DNA of 64,000 nt from Candidatus Nanopelagicales bacterium (lineage in GTDB: Bacteria; Actinomycetota; Actinomycetes; S36-B12): positions 259 through 64,258 of the forward strand of contig JAPKAV010000006.1 of assembly GCA_028825115.1 (NCBI GenBank), read 5' to 3'. Positions within the stretch are counted from its first letter, which is position 1. Each line of letters begins with the position of its first letter. The notes under the pieces are model-generated. The model did not search any database, was not told the DNA's origin, and saw nothing but the letters and a program-made list of their open reading frames with translations. A program made the translations under genes and the position numbers. Shown piece by piece: positions 58,447 through 64,000 of this stretch.

Positions 58447-59781
58447 ATGCAAGAAATTCTTAATGCCATTGAGTCCCGCAGCGACCGGGCAGTGTTTGAA
58501 GCCCTGATCGTACCGACAACTTACCGCGCAGCAGTTATTCGCAAGGAAGATGTCGAAATGTTTGCCGGCATGGCATCAAAGGAAAAAGATCCGCGCCTCA
58601 GCATCAAAATTGATCAAGTGGCCATCCCTGAAATTGCTCCCGGTGAAGCACTCATCGCTGTCATGGCGTCAAGTATCAACTACAACACCGTGTGGACCAG
58701 CATCTTCGAACCCGTATCTACCTTTGGATTTCTCGCACGGTATGCCAAGGCGCATCCCGACGGAGTGCGACACGATCTCCCGCACCACGTGATTGGTTCG
58801 GATGCCTGCGGTGTGGTTCTTCGAGTCGGTGCGGGCGTAAATGCCTACGCACCTGGCGACCGCGTTGTCGCTCACTGTCTCAGTGTCGAACTCGAGTCAC
58901 CTGCGGGTCACAACGACACAATGATGGATCCCGAACAACGGATCTGGGGGTTTGAAACAAACTTTGGCGGTCTGGCTGAACTTGCAATCGTGAAAGCTAA
59001 TCAACTCATGCCCAAACCCGAGCATTTGACTTGGGAAGAGGCGGCAGTCCCCGGGCTGGTTAATTCAACCGCCTACCGTCAATTAGTCTCTCGCAACGGC
59101 GCCGACATGAAACAGGGGGATATCGTCCTAATCTGGGGGGCTTCAGGTGGACTTGGCTCCTACGCGACCCAGTATGCTCTCAACGGCGGCGCTATCCCCG
59201 TGTGTGTTGTTTCCAGTCCCGAAAAAGCCAAAATAGTGCGCGCGATGGGCGCCGAATTAGTAATCGATCGCAGTGCCGAGAATTACAAGTTTTGGAAAGA
59301 TCCCACCACCCAAGATCCCAAAGAATGGCAGCGATTGGGCAAGAAAATTCGCGAGCTTACCGGCGGTGAAGATCCAGACATCGTGTTCGAGCATCCGGGG
59401 CGCGAAACATTTGGTGCCAGCGTATATGTCACCCGGCGTGGAGGGACCATTGTGACTTGCGCGTCCACATCTGGATTCATGCATGAATACGACAATAGAT
59501 ACCTTTGGATGAACCTGAAAAGAATCGTGGGAACCCACTTTGCCAACTACCGAGAAGCATTCGAAGCCAACCGCTTGATTGCAAAGGGGGTTATACATCC
59601 CACGCTCTCTAAAGTTTTCCCACTGGACCAGGCTGGCGATGCTGCCTACGAAGTCCACAGTAATTTGCACCAAGGAAAAGTTGGCGTTTTGACTTTGGCT
59701 CCGACTGAAGGACTGGGCGTGACCAATCACGAACTGAGAGCGAAAGTGCTGTCAAAACTCAATCGTTTTGAAACACGGTAG
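58447..59781 (+). CDS. ccr: Crotonyl-CoA carboxylase/reductase
   Basis: VMASSINYNTVW, IWGFETNFG, WGASGGLG, FEHPG, WMNLKRIVGTHFAN; matches the CCR CO2-binding Asn/Phe/Glu/His pattern. Confidence 0.95.
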   Translation: MQEILNAIESRSDRAVFEALIVPTTYRAAVIRKEDVEMFAGMASKEKDPRLSIKIDQVAIPEIAPGEALIAVMASSINYNTVWTSIFEPVSTFGFLARYAKAHPDGVRHDLPHHVIGSDACGVVLRVGAGVNAYAPGDRVVAHCLSVELESPAGHNDTMMDPEQRIWGFETNFGGLAELAIVKANQLMPKPEHLTWEEAAVPGLVNSTAYRQLVSRNGADMKQGDIVLIWGASGGLGSYATQYALNGGAIPVCVVSSPEKAKIVRAMGAELVIDRSAENYKFWKDPTTQDPKEWQRLGKKIRELTGGEDPDIVFEHPGRETFGASVYVTRRGGTIVTCASTSGFMHEYDNRYLWMNLKRIVGTHFANYREAFEANRLIAKGVIHPTLSKVFPLDQAGDAAYEVHSNLHQGKVGVLTLAPTEGLGVTNHELRAKVLSKLNRFETR

Positions 59782-59783
59782 TT

Positions 59784-60518
59784 TCACGATAAGTCACTCC
59801 ACCGTTCGCTGGGACCATCCCACCCGAGGGGCAGCGGCGCGCGCTGCGGAACCATCAATTCGGTGATTCGATTGAGTACCAAGTACACAAACCTCTCGCC
59901 CACCCACAGATGCTTCGCCTCGGGCACGGGCTCTAGGACAATGTCTCCAGCACTTGCAAATTTCTTGAAAGCCTCTTCTGGCCGAAGATAGTCGTCGAGC
60001 TCGGGAATGAGCGCATGTATTGGCATTCCAGTTCCATTCCAGTACTCAAGTTCACTCTCTGTGGTGTAGCGAAGAGGTGGCGAGAGCAGAATCACCCCCG
60101 CAATCCCCGTTGGGTCAAGATTTCGCAGAATCACATCGGTACCAAATGACCAACCCAGCACCCACACATTGGGGAGTTTTTGTTCACGCGCGAATTCAAT
60201 TGCAGCGGCAAGATCTGCGCCCTCGCCCACGGAAGCATCGAATGCACCTTCACTGGCACCGAGTGCGCTACTCGTGCCACGCGTGTTGAATCGCAACACG
60301 GCAATATTGGCCATTGCCGGAAGACGCCAGGAAATTTTGCGCAGAATGTGGCTGTCCATCATTCCACCATGAGTGGGCAACGGATGAACACAAATAACTG
60401 TAGCCTCGGGACGCTCGGGTGTTGCCAACTCCCCAATCAATTTCAGTGAATCAGTTGTATGCAAATGAATAATTTCACGGGTCGCCGGCAGAACCGTATT
60501 GGGTGAAATAGTCGTCAC
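59784..60518 (-). CDS. Alpha/beta hydrolase
   Basis: HPLPTHGGMMDSH, GWSFG nucleophile elbow, AKHLWVG. Confidence 0.88.
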   Translation of the reverse strand: MTTISPNTVLPATREIIHLHTTDSLKLIGELATPERPEATVICVHPLPTHGGMMDSHILRKISWRLPAMANIAVLRFNTRGTSSALGASEGAFDASVGEGADLAAAIEFAREQKLPNVWVLGWSFGTDVILRNLDPTGIAGVILLSPPLRYTTESELEYWNGTGMPIHALIPELDDYLRPEEAFKKFASAGDIVLEPVPEAKHLWVGERFVYLVLNRITELMVPQRAPLPLGWDGPSERWSDLS

Positions 60519-60799
60519 GATCTTCTTCCAGGACCCCTAGTGCCGCGGTTTTTCCAGCACGGCGTGTGCCAATGACGACGTTCTTCAGCCCCCTGGGCCA
60601 TGTCCGCGGGCCACGCAACTACGTGCGGCGTTGCTGGACGTATTTCATGGTCACATCCCGGACAACGATATGTCTTGGTCGCCGAGGACCCCGTTAATTT
60701 ACGCACATTCCATTCGCCATCTGGATGGGACTCGGTTACTGTCTCTGCGCCAGAAGCAGGCCTCGGCTCACTGACCGCTCTCCGGTTCTTGCGGCCCAC
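60515..60799 (-). CDS. Small conserved actinobacterial Cys/His protein (Rv1322-like, usual nucS neighbour)
   Basis: KTYRCPGCDHEIRP..PHVVAWP...RRHWHTPCW; GTG start after GGGGAG. Confidence 0.8.
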   Translation of the reverse strand: MGRKNRRAVSEPRPASGAETVTESHPDGEWNVRKLTGSSATKTYRCPGCDHEIRPATPHVVAWPADMAQGAEERRHWHTPCWKNRGTRGPGRRS

Positions 60800-62603
60800 G
60801 TGGCTCACTCCCCTGCCTGCTCGTGCTTTCCTGTGGCCAGTACTTTCTGAAACCCCTCCCAACTTTACGCCCCACGAAGCCAGCCGTGACCAAGTGCTCC
60901 AATTCAGCCTGCGGGGCGAATCCTGGCTCGCGGAACTCCCGGTACAACGTATTGATGATTGCAAGCGAAACGTCAAGGCCCACAACGTCTAGTAACTCGA
61001 ATGGGCCCATTGGGTAACCGCAACCGAGCTTCATTGCGGTGTCAATGTCTTCGATCGAGGCGTAATTTGCAGATGCCATGGCGATCGCATTATTGAGATA
61101 AGGAAAGAGCAGCGCGTTGACAATAAAACCCGCCCGGTCAGAACACTGCACCGGCTTCTTTCCTAATTGGTGTATCAAGTTCGTACAACGGATAACCACC
61201 TCAGAATCTGTAGCAACGGTGCTCACAATCTCCACAAGAGGCATGATCGGCGCCGGGTTGAAAAAGTGGATCCCGATGAATCGCTCCATTCGTGACGTGC
61301 TGGCGGCAATCTCGATTACAGATAAACTCGAAGTGGTCGTGGCAAAAATAACGTCCGCCGGAAGAAATTTATCGAGTTGCGAGAAGATTTCGCACTTAGG
61401 TCCTAATTCCTCAGCGATCGCTTCGATTACTAAATCTACCCGACCGACCAGGTCTTGAGCGCTCACACATGTCTGTACTCGTGCAAGATAATCGTCTTTT
61501 TGCTCCTGAGAAATTCGACCCTTTTCCACAAGTTTGGACCATGATTTTTCTAGTGACTCGCGTAATTGTGTGGATCGTTGCTCGCTCCTGGTGAGCGCGA
61601 TTGCTGATACTCCACCGGCTGCCAGCACTGACACGATCCCGGTCGCCATGGTCCCCGAACCGATCACCGCGACCCGAGTGATGCCCGAATCCACACTCGA
61701 CTCTATTGAGACTGGAGTGCGTGAATCCGCAACAACGGTGGGTATATTCGGTTCTGCATACGAATAGAATCCCTCACCGAACTTACGACCCAGTCTACCT
61801 GCAGCAACCAATTGTTTGAGCAAAGCGCTTGGTGCGTGCAGTCGATCACGACTCTGTCGATACATGGTGTCAAGAATCTGTAACGATGTATCTAACCCAA
61901 TTAAATCCAGTAGCGCCAACGGACCCATGGGTAAACCACACCCGAATCTCATTGCGCTATCGATATCTTCTCGCGAGGCATACTTCTGTTCATACATTGC
62001 GACGGCCTGATTTAAGTACCCGAAGAGTAAAGAGTTGGCGATAAACCCTGCCCGGTCACTCACCAACACCGGTTCCTTACCCAAAGCACGAGCGAATTCC
62101 ATACACGCATCGATTACTTCTTGATCAGTAGTAACCGTCCCAACGATTTCAATAAATTTTTGCACCATGGCGGGATTAAAAAAATGTAGCCCAATAACCC
62201 GACTGGGCCTACTGGTAACAACCGAAATCTCCGTTACTGATAGCGAAGATGTGTTGGTTGCCATAATCGCATCGGGGCCAAGAATCGAGTCTAGGTCCGC
62301 GAATAATTCTGATTTAGTCTGCAGATCTTCAGTGATTGCTTCGATCACCAGTTGGCATGAATCGAGCTCGGTGAGGTCGGTGGTCAATTCAATCCGGGAC
62401 AGGATCGCCTCACCCTCACTTTTGGTAATCTTGGAACCTGCCACACCACGCCCAATAGAATTGGCGATCCGTAAATCTGCATAACTCGTATCTTTTTCAC
62501 CTAGATCCACTCCGATCACCGAGTATCCCGAGCGGGCAATCACCTCCACAATTCCAGAGCCCATGGTTCCGAGTCCAACTACCCCAATCTTTACTAGTTC
62601 CAC
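60768..62603 (-). CDS. Double-domain 3-hydroxyacyl(butyryl)-CoA dehydrogenase
   Basis: Two tandem units: GLGTMG...NTSSL...HFFNPA...PMGP and GSGTMA...TTSSL...HFFNPA...PMGP. Confidence 0.93.
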   Translation of the reverse strand: MELVKIGVVGLGTMGSGIVEVIARSGYSVIGVDLGEKDTSYADLRIANSIGRGVAGSKITKSEGEAILSRIELTTDLTELDSCQLVIEAITEDLQTKSELFADLDSILGPDAIMATNTSSLSVTEISVVTSRPSRVIGLHFFNPAMVQKFIEIVGTVTTDQEVIDACMEFARALGKEPVLVSDRAGFIANSLLFGYLNQAVAMYEQKYASREDIDSAMRFGCGLPMGPLALLDLIGLDTSLQILDTMYRQSRDRLHAPSALLKQLVAAGRLGRKFGEGFYSYAEPNIPTVVADSRTPVSIESSVDSGITRVAVIGSGTMATGIVSVLAAGGVSAIALTRSEQRSTQLRESLEKSWSKLVEKGRISQEQKDDYLARVQTCVSAQDLVGRVDLVIEAIAEELGPKCEIFSQLDKFLPADVIFATTTSSLSVIEIAASTSRMERFIGIHFFNPAPIMPLVEIVSTVATDSEVVIRCTNLIHQLGKKPVQCSDRAGFIVNALLFPYLNNAIAMASANYASIEDIDTAMKLGCGYPMGPFELLDVVGLDVSLAIINTLYREFREPGFAPQAELEHLVTAGFVGRKVGRGFRKYWPQESTSRQGSEPRGPQEPESGQ

Positions 62604-62629
62604 GCTAACCTCCGGTTCGTCTTCTTTGG

Positions 62630-63301
62630 TTAAAACAATCTCATACTTGGATCATCAAGGCCCTTTAATGCTTCGTAATCAACGGTTACGCAGGTAATTC
62701 CACGATCGTTGGCTAAAGTTTTTGCTTGCGGTTTTATTTCTTGTGCCGCGTAAACACCCGTAACGGGGGACAATAAAGGATCGCGATTCAATAACTCCAG
62801 GTATCGTGTGAGCTGCTCAACTCCGTCAATCTCGCCGCGTCGCTTCACTTCTACCGCGACCGTGCCACCGCCGGCGGCCTTGCACAACAGGTCTACCGGC
62901 CCAATCGCAGTTGGATACTCCCTGCGGACCAGAGTCAACCCATATCCCAAGGTGTCAAGATTCTCGGCGAGTAATTTCTGCAGATGCGATTCGACGCCAT
63001 CTTTAATCACACCAGGATCAACGCCTAGTGCGTGATCGTAATCGGCATGGACTTCATGAATCATGATGGAAAGCGTCTCCCCAGCTTTATTCACCACTTC
63101 AAGCTCGGTCACACCAGCTACCGTTGATTCAGAAACGGAGCAAGGCGGACTCATCCAGTTCAATGGTTTATAAGAGCCCCCGTCGGAATGAATTAACACA
63201 GAGCCATCGGCTTTGAACATGAGTACCCGCGTCGCTCGGGGCAATTGCACCGAGAGCCTGCCTTGATACACAGCCGAACAATCAGCGATCATGATCCTCA
63301 T
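62630..63301 (-). CDS. nucS: Mismatch-repair endonuclease NucS/EndoMS
   Basis: [46 protein letters not shown]. Confidence 0.96.
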   Translation of the reverse strand: MRIMIADCSAVYQGRLSVQLPRATRVLMFKADGSVLIHSDGGSYKPLNWMSPPCSVSESTVAGVTELEVVNKAGETLSIMIHEVHADYDHALGVDPGVIKDGVESHLQKLLAENLDTLGYGLTLVRREYPTAIGPVDLLCKAAGGGTVAVEVKRRGEIDGVEQLTRYLELLNRDPLLSPVTGVYAAQEIKPQAKTLANDRGITCVTVDYEALKGLDDPSMRLF

Positions 63302-64000
63302 ACGTTCAGAATGTCCACTATTGAACTCATAATGTCTGTGGCATCAAAATCCTTCGGGGTAAAAGTCGCCGCTACCCCAATCGAGGCAAGCCACTCTGCG
63401 TCTTCGGGCGGAATGATTCCACCAATAATCACGGGGATATCCGTAGCTTTTACCCGGGCAAGGGAGTCAAGGATTTCCCCCACTAGGGTGCGATGCGAAC
63501 CGGAGAGAATAGATATACCAATAACATCAACATCTTCGGCGACCGCAGCAGCCACTATTTCTCCTGATCCCAATCGAATACCTTGGTAAATAACTTCAAA
63601 ACCGCAATCTTTGGCTCGAACGGCTATTTGCTCTGCGCCATTAGAGTGACCATCAAGACCAGGCTTCCCAATCAGAATTCTTGGGCGATGTCCAATTCGT
63701 GCAGCTAATTCATCTACTCGCGCTCGGACTGATTCGATTGCGGGCGTTCGGTGTGTGATCGAGTCCGCGACACCGGTGGGTGATCGATACTCGCCAAAAT
63801 GTGATCGCATGATGGCAGACCATTCACCTGTGGTCACCCCGACCTTGGCCGCCGCGATGCTTGCCTCGACCACGCCTCGACCTCGCTGCACCGCTACATC
63901 CAGTTCAGCCAGAGCTCCCTCGACACCAGTGCGGTCACGTTCGGCCTTGAACGCTTGTACCTCTGCGATCCGACGCGTCTCCACTTCCGGATCCACCACC
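63298..64000 (-). CDS. ecm: Ethylmalonyl-CoA mutase (MeaA/Ecm), C-terminal B12-binding part (truncated by window end)
   Basis: [19 protein letters not shown] (Ecm-type DxHxxG variant), VTTGEW, SILSGSH, GGIIP; near ccr. Confidence 0.85.
   Translation of the reverse strand, partial: VVDPEVETRRIAEVQAFKAERDRTGVEGALAELDVAVQRGRGVVEASIAAAKVGVTTGEWSAIMRSHFGEYRSPTGVADSITHRTPAIESVRARVDELAARIGHRPRILIGKPGLDGHSNGAEQIAVRAKDCGFEVIYQGIRLGSGEIVAAAVAEDVDVIGISILSGSHRTLVGEILDSLARVKATDIPVIIGGIIPPEDAEWLASIGVAATFTPKDFDATDIMSSIVDILNV

Noticed and set aside
60768-62603. Internal duplication of 3-hydroxyacyl-CoA dehydrogenase as a novelty
   Set aside because: Double-domain forms are already known beside ccr in actinomycetes.

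Overview
64 kb of core chromosome from a moderate-GC actinobacterium. Gene order follows the conserved actinobacterial ffh-ftsY-smc-mutM-rnc-rpmF-coaD-recG-rpmB-thiL-ddl-gpsA-cofC-HU-leuDC-tRNA-gltX-leuB-serA-ilvCNB-gatBAC-ligA-mnmA-iscS-etfAB region. The compact spacing suggests a streamlined, possibly aquatic lineage (inference). No mobile elements, CRISPR arrays or rRNA were seen. Notable items: (1) an unexplained ~390-nt, hairpin-rich, apparently non-coding element (55478-55865, minus strand) with its own promoter-like box and a 5'/3' closing helix, a candidate ncRNA I cannot assign to a family; (2) a collapsed amtB-glnK-glnD operon whose deletion junction and extra nonsense codon are visible; (3) three leader-peptide controls absent from the ORF track (Ile-rich before cimA, Leu-rich before leuA, Leu/Val before ilvB) in a branched-chain amino acid supercluster; (4) ethylmalonyl-CoA pathway genes (ecm, ccr, mce, meaB, double-domain hbd) interleaved with nucS; (5) a partial methylglucose-lipopolysaccharide-like cluster; (6) a CofC C-terminal fusion and a MetE-like protein lacking Zn ligands; (7) a recurring TANNNT-N6-start leaderless architecture. 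All calls come from motif recognition and synteny by eye; no searches were run.
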